NCBI GenBank assembly: GCA_028694375.1
Contig: JAQUTN010000002.1
Span: 139 to 64,138 of the forward strand
Length of the DNA stretch: 64,000 nucleotides
Direction: 5' to 3'
Origin: Bacteroidales bacterium
Lineage (GTDB): Bacteria; Bacteroidota; Bacteroidia; Bacteroidales; UBA1402
Below the pieces are notes generated by a model. The model was not told where the DNA came from and did not search any database. It saw only the letters and a list, made by a program, of their open reading frames with translations. Each line of letters opens with the position of its first letter. The stretch's first letter is position 1. Below are positions 1-8,610 of this stretch, piece by piece. The position numbers and the translations under genes were made by a program.

Positions 1-29
1 AGTCGACGAACCCAAAGCAAGTACAAAGC

Positions 30-112
30 AAAAGCTCTGAGCGATCTGAGATTATACCCATAGACCGGATGTAGATAATGCTACCGTCGGGAAATGCTTT
101 CTCATGCACCCC
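30..112 (+). promoter_or_regulatory. TPP (THI-box) riboswitch: 3' two-thirds of the aptamer plus start of the expression platform; 5' strands probably lie off-window
   Basis: CUGAGA at 46-51, ACCC at 56-59, and ACCGGAUGUAGAUAAUGCUACCGUCGGGAA at 64-93 (compare THI-box core ACCUGAUCUGGAUAAUGCCAGCGUAGGGAA). A GUAG/CUAC helix closes an AUAAUG loop. No GGGGUGC-type 5' partner in nt 1-45, but its complement GCACCCC is at 106-112. It lies directly upstream of a TonB-dependent receptor and a thiamine pyrophosphokinase. Confidence 0.75.
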
Positions 113-143
113 TTTTGATGTTTCACTATTAAAACAGAAAAAC

Positions 144-2360
144 ATGAAAAGGGTTTTTTTATGCCTTGCGGCGGGCATGTTGGCCATCACAGGCACGACA
201 GCCGAAACAACTGACAGTATCAAACAATTGGATTTGGACGACGTAGTGGTACTTGCTTCCTATGCGGGAGAAAATACCCCTGTAACGCATCAAAACCTGA
301 ACAAAGCAGAGATACGCTCTCTTAACGTGGTTTCTTCTTTGCCTCAGGTCCTCTGGATGACTCCCTCGCTGGTGCATACTTCCGAGAACGGAACAACTAC
401 CGGCAATACGGCCATGCGAATCAGGGGAACGGACGCTAGCCGCATTAATTTCAGCCTGAATGGGATTCCCATGAATAATCCTGAATCGCAGGAAGTTTAT
501 TGGGTGAATATTCCCAACCTGACAAGCTCACTGCAAACCATACAGATTCAGCGTGGGGTAGGCGTATCGGCCAACGGAACGGGCGCCTTTGGAGCGGCGG
601 TAAACCTGCTGAGTGAACGACCGACTGCAGAAAATTACGTGGAGTCTTCTACCACCGCAGGCAGTTACGGCACTTTTGAACAAAGTATCACTCTGGCTTC
701 TTCGCGTTTACCCGGAGGTGTGCGGATGCAGCTGCGGTATACAGCAATGAATGCCGATGGTTATTTGCGCAACGGCTGGAGTCGCCATCAATCGCTCTAC
801 GGATCACTGAGCAAGTCCTGGGAAAAGGCTCAGCTGAGTATGAATTATATTTACGGCAATCAGCACACAGGCATCACCTGGGAAGGAGCCTCTAAAGAAC
901 AAATTGATCTTGATCCCCGTTACAATCCGGCCGGAGCCATCAAAGAAGGTTTGTACTATGGTAATGAAAGCGATAATTATCGCCAACACCATATTCAGCT
1001 TTTTTATTCCCGACAGCTGACGGAATCAGTCTTGTTGAATACGGGTTTAAACTACACGGATGGATACGGTTATTATGAACAATATAAACAAGGCCGTAAA
1101 TTTTCGTCAATGGGTTTAGAAAATCAGTTGATAGACGGACTGGAATACGATCGCAGCGATCATATCCGGGGGAAATTTATGGCTAACGGTTTTTACACAG
1201 GTCTTTTCAATTTAAATTATCAAAAAGGAGGACTCAAAATTCAGGGTGGTGGTATGTACTCGTATTACGAAGGAGTGCATTATGCCCGTATCCTGTGGCT
1301 GGAACATAACAACAATATTCCTGAAAACTTTGAATGGGCTCGTAATTATGGAGAAAAAACAGACGGCAATCTGTTTGTCAAAGCCGAGTACGCTCTTAGA
1401 AACAAACTCTTTTTATATGCCGATCTGCAATACCGCAATGTGGGATATGAACTGGAGGGAATAGATGACGACGATTTGCTGGATTTGACTCAGACACATC
1501 AATGGCATTTTTGGAATCCCAAAATGGGTATAAATTGGCGTATAGACCAGGATCAAAAACTCTACCTTTCTGCAGGGATTGCCAATCGCGAACCCACACG
1601 GGCAGATTTGAAGGATGCCGTTAAAGGAGGCAGCCGCCAGGTCTTACCCGAAAGGCTGTACGACGTCGAACTGGGTTACTCAATAAACAAAGCAAAATGG
1701 ATGCTGGCCCTGAATCTGTACGATATGGAATACCATAACCAATTGATCCCTACCGGTAAACTAAACGAAGTGGGTTATAAGCTTATGAGTAATGTGCCCT
1801 ACAGTTACCGCAGAGGAATTGAGCTCAGTGCCGGTATCAAGCCTTTGTCTGTCTTGCAACTGGATGCCAATCTGAACCTGAGTACCAATAAAGTGAAAGA
1901 TTTTCGCCTGTATTACGATACCTACGATAATGCTTCCGACTGGAATGAAATCTTAAATGAAAATCAGCAAATCAGCACTTATTTACCTGAAGCTGATTTA
2001 CCTTTTTCACCTCAATGTATAGCGGCTGCCCGTATTCAATATCAGCCTGTTCGTCCTCTTCAATTGAGCTTGATGGGGAAATACATAGCAGAGCAAGGGT
2101 TTAGCTATATTCAGCACGAAGAATTTCGCTTGCCGGCCTATACCCAGTTTAATTTTTCTGCCGTATATTCGGGAAGTTTTGTTGGGAGCAGCGACTTTGA
2201 ATTAGGTTTCTACATAAATAATCTACTGGGCAACCAAGCACTTTGCAATGCCTGGGGATATGAAGCCGCTTTTTTGAGCGGAGAATCTTCCTATCGCGAA
2301 GCAGGTTATTATGTACTGGCTCCCAGACATTATATGCTGAAATTCGTTCTTAAGATTTAG
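144..2360 (+). CDS. TonB-dependent outer-membrane receptor (putative thiamine transporter)
   Basis: ORF 78-2360, start moved to ATG 144 (MKRVFLCLAAGMLAITG signal peptide). Plug-like N-terminus (DLDDVVVLAS, IRGTDASRINFSLNGIPMNN) and a long beta-barrel region. Preceded by the TPP riboswitch. Confidence 0.85.
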   Translation: MKRVFLCLAAGMLAITGTTAETTDSIKQLDLDDVVVLASYAGENTPVTHQNLNKAEIRSLNVVSSLPQVLWMTPSLVHTSENGTTTGNTAMRIRGTDASRINFSLNGIPMNNPESQEVYWVNIPNLTSSLQTIQIQRGVGVSANGTGAFGAAVNLLSERPTAENYVESSTTAGSYGTFEQSITLASSRLPGGVRMQLRYTAMNADGYLRNGWSRHQSLYGSLSKSWEKAQLSMNYIYGNQHTGITWEGASKEQIDLDPRYNPAGAIKEGLYYGNESDNYRQHHIQLFYSRQLTESVLLNTGLNYTDGYGYYEQYKQGRKFSSMGLENQLIDGLEYDRSDHIRGKFMANGFYTGLFNLNYQKGGLKIQGGGMYSYYEGVHYARILWLEHNNNIPENFEWARNYGEKTDGNLFVKAEYALRNKLFLYADLQYRNVGYELEGIDDDDLLDLTQTHQWHFWNPKMGINWRIDQDQKLYLSAGIANREPTRADLKDAVKGGSRQVLPERLYDVELGYSINKAKWMLALNLYDMEYHNQLIPTGKLNEVGYKLMSNVPYSYRRGIELSAGIKPLSVLQLDANLNLSTNKVKDFRLYYDTYDNASDWNEILNENQQISTYLPEADLPFSPQCIAAARIQYQPVRPLQLSLMGKYIAEQGFSYIQHEEFRLPAYTQFNFSAVYSGSFVGSSDFELGFYINNLLGNQALCNAWGYEAAFLSGESSYREAGYYVLAPRHYMLKFVLKI

Positions 2361-2362
2361 TT

Positions 2363-2980
2363 ATGTCTCCAACCATCATCCTCGCTAACGGAGCTTTCCC
2401 CCGAGAACCCGAGTTGCTGCAACTGTTGCGTCAGGCAGAACATATTGTTTGTTGCGACGGTGCTGCCGAAAAATTGCTGGATTTCGGCAGGGAACCCTCC
2501 GCTATCGTGGGTGATATGGACAGCCTGAGCCCGACGCTGAAAGAGCGTTTTTACGATCGGATTGTGCTTATCGATGAGCAGGAAACCAACGATTTAACCA
2601 AAGCAGTGAGCTATTGTGAGCGCGTTGGTTATCAGCATATTATCATAATGGGAGCCACCGGAATAAGAGAAGATCATACTTTAGGAAATATCTCCTTATT
2701 AGTGGATTACTCTATGCGAATAGGGGATATATGCATGATAACAGACTTCGGTCGCATTGATGTTGTAAGGCATTACAAGCGATTAGAAAGCTATCCGGGA
2801 CAGCAGGTTTCTTTGTTTACAATTGATCCGCAAACTATAGTCAGTGTGGAGGGTTTAAAGTACCCCTTAGTCAACCGCAAGTTGAGCAATTGGTGGCAGG
2901 GAAGCTTAAACGAAGCCTTAGGTTCCGCTTTCGAAATACGGACAGAAAATGGAGCTCTTATCGTTTATCGGGCCCATTGA
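2363..2980 (+). CDS. thiamine pyrophosphokinase
   Basis: 205 aa. IILANGAFP...VCCDGAAEKL...IVGDMDS...ETNDLTKAV matches the TPK catalytic-domain pattern (GDxDS, DxTD-like). Starts 3 nt after the receptor stop. Confidence 0.8.
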   Translation: MSPTIILANGAFPREPELLQLLRQAEHIVCCDGAAEKLLDFGREPSAIVGDMDSLSPTLKERFYDRIVLIDEQETNDLTKAVSYCERVGYQHIIIMGATGIREDHTLGNISLLVDYSMRIGDICMITDFGRIDVVRHYKRLESYPGQQVSLFTIDPQTIVSVEGLKYPLVNRKLSNWWQGSLNEALGSAFEIRTENGALIVYRAH

Positions 2981-3014
2981 GTTTTATAGCTTGCTCGTTG
3001 TTTTGTTGCCTGAC

Positions 3015-5012
3015 TTATTGCCGTTTCAGTACCAAAGCTGTTCTGGAGGGCAGGTAAAGATATATCCATTCCAGTCCTGAATCCGCATCTTCTGCCTTTG
3101 GAATAGTCGTATGAACAAGCTGGTCATCGATTAGCCCAAACCCTCCAAATGCTTTAGCATCGCTGTCCAATACAGTTTTATAATTCCCTTTTTGTACCAG
3201 AATGCCGTAATCGGTATAGGACCTGAAGGGATGCAAATTAAAGACAAACAGCAGAGGACCACGCTCGAAGGCCAAAATCTGATCATTATCGTGCAACCAC
3301 CTTTGACAGGGAGGCTCTTTGCTCTTGTTTTTCTTCAGCAGTTGTATCATAGCTTTGTCAAAAGCATGCAAATCGGCGTATTTGAGTTGCTTATTCTCCA
3401 GCAGACTCCATTGACGGCGGGCGTATTTGTAGGACCAGCCGTTGCCCTCGCGCGGAAAATCTATCCATTCGGGATGTCCGAATTCATTGCCCATAAAATT
3501 CAGATAGCCTCCATTTATGGTACTGGCAGTCAGGAGGCGTATCATCTTGTGCAGGGCTATTCCCCGGTCCACAACCAAATTCTGGTCATCTTTGCTCATA
3601 TGCCAGTACATATCGGCATCAATAAGGCGGAAGATGATGGTTTTGTCTCCAACCAAGGCCTGATCGTGGCTTTCGGCGTAACTGATGGTTTTTTCGTCTT
3701 TTCTGCGGTTAGTCAATTCCCACCAGAGGGTTCCGGGCTTCCAGTTTTCGTCGCTGTATTCTTTGATAAGTTTAATCCAGAAGTCGGGGATACCCATGGC
3801 CATACGGTAATCGAAGCCGATTCCGCCTTCTTTAAAGGGTGTAGCCAGGCCGGGCATACCACTTACCTCTTCGGCTATGGTAATAGCTTTGGGTTTGATT
3901 TCGTGTATGAGTTTGTTGGCCAAAGTCAGGTAAGCGATGGCGTCACCGTCCTGGTTCAGACTATAATAATCGTCGTAGGAACCAAAGGCTTCACCCAGCC
4001 CGTGGCTGCGATAGAGCATGGAAGTGACCCCGTCAAAGCGGAAACCGTCAAAACAGAATTCTTCCAGCCAGTATTTGCAATTGGACAATAAAAAGTGCAG
4101 CACCTCGTCACGGCCGTAATTGAAACATAAGGAATCCCAGGCAGGATGCTCTCTTCTGTCGCCGCCGTGAAAGTACAAGCCGGGATCTCCGTCCAGACAA
4201 CCCAAACCTTCGACGGTATTTTTGACGGCATGAGAATGCACAATATCCATAATAACCGCAAGCCCATAGCCGTGAGCCTCGTCAATGAGCTGTTTGAGCT
4301 CTTCGGGTATACCAAAACGGGAAGAAGCCGCAAAAAAGCTGGAAACGTGATAGCCAAAGGAACCGTAGTAGGGATGCTCCTGTATAGCCATAATTTGTAT
4401 GGCATTGTAACCATTGTCGACTATGCGGGGCAAAACCAAGCGTCTGAATTCGTCGTATGTGCCAATTTTTTCTTCCTCGGTGGCCATGCCGATGTGGCAT
4501 TCATAAATAAACAAAGGAGGGGAGGGAGCCTTGAATTTATGTTTAAAGAAATAGGGCTTTGCCGGTTCCCAGACCTGAGCACTGAAAATATTGCTTTGAG
4601 GGTCCTGAACAACCCGTCTGGCCCAGGCCGGTATCCGCTCTCCGCTGCCACCCTGCCAGGAAACATACATTTTGTACAGGTCACCATGCTTAAGACGGTC
4701 AGCGGCAAGTTGTATTTCCCATACACCATGTGCTTTTCTCTCCAGGGCATATTCGGGTCGACGTTCCCAATTATTGAAATCGCCGATCAAATGAATGGAG
4801 TCGGCATTGGGAGCCCATTCCCGAAAAGTCCAGCCATCGGAATGCCTGTGCAATCCAAAAAAAAGATGTCCATTGGCAAATTCGGCCAGACTGCCACTAC
4901 CGGTCAGACTTTTCTCCCTAGTCAGTGCGTAATCATAACGCCCCTGGATGGCTGAACGGTAGGGTTCAAGCCAGGGATCGTTTTGTATGATCTTCAGGCG
5001 AGGGGTTTTCAT
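3015..5012 (-). CDS. glgB: 1,4-alpha-glucan branching enzyme (GH13, eukaryote-like type)
   Basis: ORF 3015-5063, start moved to ATG 5012 (MKTPRLKIIQNDPWLEPY). GH13 blocks VIMDIVHSH, GFRFDGVTSM, IAEEVSG, YAESHDQ. Confidence 0.85.
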   Translation of the reverse strand: MKTPRLKIIQNDPWLEPYRSAIQGRYDYALTREKSLTGSGSLAEFANGHLFFGLHRHSDGWTFREWAPNADSIHLIGDFNNWERRPEYALERKAHGVWEIQLAADRLKHGDLYKMYVSWQGGSGERIPAWARRVVQDPQSNIFSAQVWEPAKPYFFKHKFKAPSPPLFIYECHIGMATEEEKIGTYDEFRRLVLPRIVDNGYNAIQIMAIQEHPYYGSFGYHVSSFFAASSRFGIPEELKQLIDEAHGYGLAVIMDIVHSHAVKNTVEGLGCLDGDPGLYFHGGDRREHPAWDSLCFNYGRDEVLHFLLSNCKYWLEEFCFDGFRFDGVTSMLYRSHGLGEAFGSYDDYYSLNQDGDAIAYLTLANKLIHEIKPKAITIAEEVSGMPGLATPFKEGGIGFDYRMAMGIPDFWIKLIKEYSDENWKPGTLWWELTNRRKDEKTISYAESHDQALVGDKTIIFRLIDADMYWHMSKDDQNLVVDRGIALHKMIRLLTASTINGGYLNFMGNEFGHPEWIDFPREGNGWSYKYARRQWSLLENKQLKYADLHAFDKAMIQLLKKNKSKEPPCQRWLHDNDQILAFERGPLLFVFNLHPFRSYTDYGILVQKGNYKTVLDSDAKAFGGFGLIDDQLVHTTIPKAEDADSGLEWIYLYLPSRTALVLKRQ

Positions 5013-5458
5013 TAAAGCAAGACTTTGACTACGGCTTTTTTGATCGGGCCTTTGCCTATGCAAGGCGCGTGTCCGTCACCGGGAAAAAATACCGTGAATT
5101 CTCCTGGATGTACATTGACATAACTAAGGGAGCTGTCGTTGTAAAAACAGATATCTTTCTCCGGGTTATAGGGAGCCTGGGCCTGAATGCAATCGTGGGC
5201 GGCTCGCCAGCCCATAGTTTCGGTGCCGCTGATGATAATTTGTATGTCGATGTATTTCTCATGAGTTTCCAGGCGGGCAACTTCGGGCGATTTTCCCTCG
5301 TATTCTGAAATTGAAATATAAAGTTTTTCACCCTCCAATACAATCTTACCCGGTTCCAGTGAGTCCAGGTCGTGCGATTTCAGATAATCGAAAGCTCTTT
5401 TGAACAAAGGGTGCATGCCCAGGTAGAGAGAGCTGTTTTTTAATGAGTCCAGTATCAT
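5012..5458 (-). CDS. YhcH/YjgK/YiaL (DUF386) family protein
   Basis: 148 aa. MILDSLKNSSLYLGMHPLFKRAFDYLK...HEKYIDIQIIISG...FFPGDGH is typical of the family. Its stop shares one nucleotide with the glgB start (TAATG at 5014-5010). Confidence 0.7.
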   Translation of the reverse strand: MILDSLKNSSLYLGMHPLFKRAFDYLKSHDLDSLEPGKIVLEGEKLYISISEYEGKSPEVARLETHEKYIDIQIIISGTETMGWRAAHDCIQAQAPYNPEKDICFYNDSSLSYVNVHPGEFTVFFPGDGHAPCIGKGPIKKAVVKVLL

Positions 5459-5467
5459 AATTCTATT

Positions 5468-6157
5468 TTATTGGTTATATAATTGCTTATTTTCCTGATG
5501 TTCGTCCAGGGCATAATTCAAAAAACGGTTCAAAGGATAGAGCTGCTGAAATATGCCTGCTATATATTCACAAAAATCGGAACGTTCCGTTTCTTCGGAA
5601 TTAAGTTTGTGTGTTGCAGTATAATCTTTGTATTTCAGATAGTCCATACCGGGAAAATCGATAGGAAATCCTTTGGGAGCCGTCATGAGTCTGCGTCCGT
5701 CCATGGTGCCAAAATTCTCTCTAAAGCTTTGGGCATGAATAATATCTTCAAATTCATCCAGATTTTCGATTATGGAATGACGCAAGATTTTGAGCTGCGG
5801 GGCAGCCGGCATCCATATGCCTCCTGTAATAAAACAGTTATCGGGTTGCAGATGCAAGTAATAGCCCGCCCGGTCGTTGTTTTTCCCTCCGAGGGTCATA
5901 AAGGCTCCCAAATGGTTTTTGTAGGGTGTTTTATCCTGGCTGAAGCGTAAGTCGCGGTGAATCCTGAAAATACATTCCTGAGGCTTTAAATGCCTTAATT
6001 CAGGGTCAAAATCAGCCAGCAGCATAATCAGCTTTTCGATAAGCTGAAAGTGATACTCCCGGCTTTCGGTATATAAAGCCTTGTGTTCATTGAACCATTC
6101 CCTGTTGTTGTTTTGTGACAAGCGGCGCAGGAACTCAAGTATGCCTGAAATATTCAT
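5468..6157 (-). CDS. DUF2461 (TIGR02453) family protein
   Basis: ORF 5468-6181 begins with TTG; the ATG at 6157 gives MNISGILEFLRRLSQNNNREWFNEHKALY. RIHRDLRFSQDKTPYKNHLGA motif. Confidence 0.7.
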   Translation of the reverse strand: MNISGILEFLRRLSQNNNREWFNEHKALYTESREYHFQLIEKLIMLLADFDPELRHLKPQECIFRIHRDLRFSQDKTPYKNHLGAFMTLGGKNNDRAGYYLHLQPDNCFITGGIWMPAAPQLKILRHSIIENLDEFEDIIHAQSFRENFGTMDGRRLMTAPKGFPIDFPGMDYLKYKDYTATHKLNSEETERSDFCEYIAGIFQQLYPLNRFLNYALDEHQENKQLYNQ

Positions 6158-6264
6158 TATGGAAGCTTTATTCTTTGCCAAATGTAGAAAAAAAAGCCCA
6201 AGGCATAAAGCCAGCAGCTATTTTTTTTTGGATATTTGCAAATACTTCTTAAAGCATATTCCGG

Positions 6265-8592
6265 ATGGCTCATTTACCCTCACTGATATCTGATCTCGCG
6301 CTCATACTACTAATTGCCAGTGTAATTACCTTGTTGTTCAAATGGTTGAAACAACCGGTGGTCTTGGGTTACATTGTTGCGGGTATGTTGGCCGGCCATA
6401 ATATCGGACTGAATCCAACGGTGGTAGATACCGATAATATTCAGATCTGGGCCGATATAGGGGTTATGTTTTTGTTGTTTACCTTGGGTTTGGAGTTTAG
6501 TTTCAAAAAGTTGACAGAAGTTGGTAAATCGGGTCTCCTTATAGTTATGGTTGAATTATGCGGAATGTTGACCTTTGGTTTTCTTATAGGCAGGATTTTG
6601 GGCTGGAAACCCTTAGACAGCCTTTTGTTGGGGGGTATGATTTCCTTGTCATCTACTACCATAATTATTAAAGCCTTTAATGACTTAAAGCTCAAAAAAA
6701 GAAAGTTCAGCACTATGGTTTTTGCTACTCTGGTTGTTGAAGATTTGGTAGCAGTAGTTATGATGGTGCTCATATCTACTCTCGCTGTAAGCAAAAATTT
6801 TTCGGGAGAGGATATGCTTTTTGCCCTTTTAAAGCTGGTTTTTTTCTTGATAATCTGGTTTATGCTGGGTATTTTCCTGATTCCGACTTTCCTGAAAAAG
6901 CTGAGGCCTTTGTTAAACGATGAAACCTTATTGATCGTATCGTTGGGTTTATGCCTGGGGATGGTAGTCTTGGCAGTAAAAGTGGGCTTTTCTGCCGCCC
7001 TGGGTGCTTTTATAATGGGATCCATATTGGCAGAAACTTTTGAGGTCGAACGAATCGAAAAATTAACCAAGCCGCTGAAAGACTTTTTCGGAGCTATCTT
7101 TTTTGTATCCGTAGGAATGATGGTAGATATGAATGTGATAGTGCAATTTATCTGGCCTATAGTAATTATTAGTTTGGTGACGATGTTGGGCAAGCTTGTT
7201 TTTGTTTCTGCCGGTGTGTTTATTTCAGGCCAATCGCTTAAAACATCTATGCAGTCGGGTTTTAGTATGGCTCAAATAGGAGAGTTTGCCTTTATTCTGG
7301 CCGGTCTGGGCATGAGCCTTGGGGTTACCGGCAGCCATCTGCATCCCATAGTGATTGCCGTTTCAGTTATTACAGTTTTTTGTGCCCCGTATATGATGAA
7401 GTTATCAGGTCCGGCCTATTTGTTTGTATTGAAAGGAATGCCGGAACGCTGGAAAATACTCTTAAACAAACGAGAACAAAAGAAAACTCAGACAAAACAA
7501 CCCGGCGATTGGTTTTTATTGCTCAAGAGCTATTTCCTTTATCTCATTGAGTTGTCTGTACTTATTTTGGGAGTGTTGATTGTCTCTGATAAATATCTGG
7601 CTCCCTTTTTGGAAGCAAGAATTCCTCAAGGGATATGGGCAGATATTCTGGTTCTTCTGATTGCTTTATTGGTAATCTCCCCATTTTTAAGGGCATTGAC
7701 TCACAATCGCAGTAAATATTCCGGTCTGATGTTGAATCTCTGGACGGCAAAAGCCTCTAACCGGATATATCTTATACTATTAACTGCCATTCGTATGATC
7801 CTGGCATATTCGGCTATACTTTACCTTATGTTTCGTTATTTGCCCTTGCCCACAGTGCTAATTATACCAATCGGTGTTGTGTTATTGGTTTTTATTTTGA
7901 GGTCCAAAATGCTTATGAAACGTTATTGGCGCTTAGAAGCCCGTTTTATGATCAATTTAAATGAAAGGCAAATGGAGGAAAACTTACGCAAAATTGAAGC
8001 CAATCAGGGAGTTCGTAACATTAGGGATATGCACGAAGCCCATTGGCTGGATAATTTACTTTATACTTTTTGTTTGAGAATAGAGGATGGCTCTTTGTTG
8101 ATTGGGAAGGCTCTTAAAGAGCTGAATTTCAGGGAAGAATTCAATCTGATTGTAATTCGGGTGGAACGAAATAAAATCAAGAATAATGTACCCGATGGAA
8201 ATTTTGTACTGGAGAAGGGAGACATATTACGCATGGCCGGTCATAACCTGGTGTATACCTTAATCAGAGACGAAGAACTTAAATTAAATTTTGTGCCCGA
8301 TTCCCTGATGACACTGAATGCTTTTTCACATCAGGAAACTCAGTTAAAATCTCCTCGTTTGAGCTGTTCCGGAATACCTATACGCAAAGAATCGCCTTTA
8401 GCCGGTAAAAAGCTTGTTGATTCCGGTCTTATGTCTGTCAACAAGTGCCTGGTTATAGGAATGGAAAGAGAAAAGAAACGAATTATCAATCCGGATTCTG
8501 ATCAGGAAATACTGCCTTGTGATCTGGTCTGGGTGATAGGAGAGGAAAAGCAGGTTTCAATATTGATTAGTGAGAACGTTTATCACCTCTGA
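6265..8592 (+). CDS. cation:proton antiporter (CPA2/Kef-type) with C-terminal TrkA-C (RCK_C)-like domains
   Basis: 775 aa. About 12 hydrophobic segments in the N-terminal 560 aa, then a soluble tail with two repeats of the LxGKxLxEL...V..I.R type. Confidence 0.8.
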   Translation: MAHLPSLISDLALILLIASVITLLFKWLKQPVVLGYIVAGMLAGHNIGLNPTVVDTDNIQIWADIGVMFLLFTLGLEFSFKKLTEVGKSGLLIVMVELCGMLTFGFLIGRILGWKPLDSLLLGGMISLSSTTIIIKAFNDLKLKKRKFSTMVFATLVVEDLVAVVMMVLISTLAVSKNFSGEDMLFALLKLVFFLIIWFMLGIFLIPTFLKKLRPLLNDETLLIVSLGLCLGMVVLAVKVGFSAALGAFIMGSILAETFEVERIEKLTKPLKDFFGAIFFVSVGMMVDMNVIVQFIWPIVIISLVTMLGKLVFVSAGVFISGQSLKTSMQSGFSMAQIGEFAFILAGLGMSLGVTGSHLHPIVIAVSVITVFCAPYMMKLSGPAYLFVLKGMPERWKILLNKREQKKTQTKQPGDWFLLLKSYFLYLIELSVLILGVLIVSDKYLAPFLEARIPQGIWADILVLLIALLVISPFLRALTHNRSKYSGLMLNLWTAKASNRIYLILLTAIRMILAYSAILYLMFRYLPLPTVLIIPIGVVLLVFILRSKMLMKRYWRLEARFMINLNERQMEENLRKIEANQGVRNIRDMHEAHWLDNLLYTFCLRIEDGSLLIGKALKELNFREEFNLIVIRVERNKIKNNVPDGNFVLEKGDILRMAGHNLVYTLIRDEELKLNFVPDSLMTLNAFSHQETQLKSPRLSCSGIPIRKESPLAGKKLVDSGLMSVNKCLVIGMEREKKRIINPDSDQEILPCDLVWVIGEEKQVSILISENVYHL

Positions 8593-8610
8593 GCTTGTTC
8601 GACTCTGAGT

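Noticed and set aside
78-143. N-terminal extensions in the ORF track (78 vs 144, 5063 vs 5012, 6181 vs 6157, 14321 vs 14282, 18033 vs 17958, 19211 vs 19205, 20388 vs 20337, 20434 vs 20482, 29205 vs 29160, 55272 vs 55308, 55851 vs 55953)
   Set aside because: The extended starts overlap riboswitches, promoters or upstream genes, or use TTG. The downstream ATGs give canonical N-termini (signal peptides or conserved family starts) and tight gene junctions.
3192-4955. Long plus-strand ORFs (3192-4091, 299 aa; 4146-4955, 269 aa) antisense to glgB
   Set aside because: The minus-strand frame carries unmistakable GH13 motifs over its whole length. The antisense translations are low-complexity and lack any recognisable motif. 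These are shadow ORFs.
6441-7193. 250-aa minus-strand ORF antisense to the cation:proton antiporter
   Set aside because: A shadow ORF inside a well-supported polytopic transporter gene. Its translation is K/I/T-rich with no motif.
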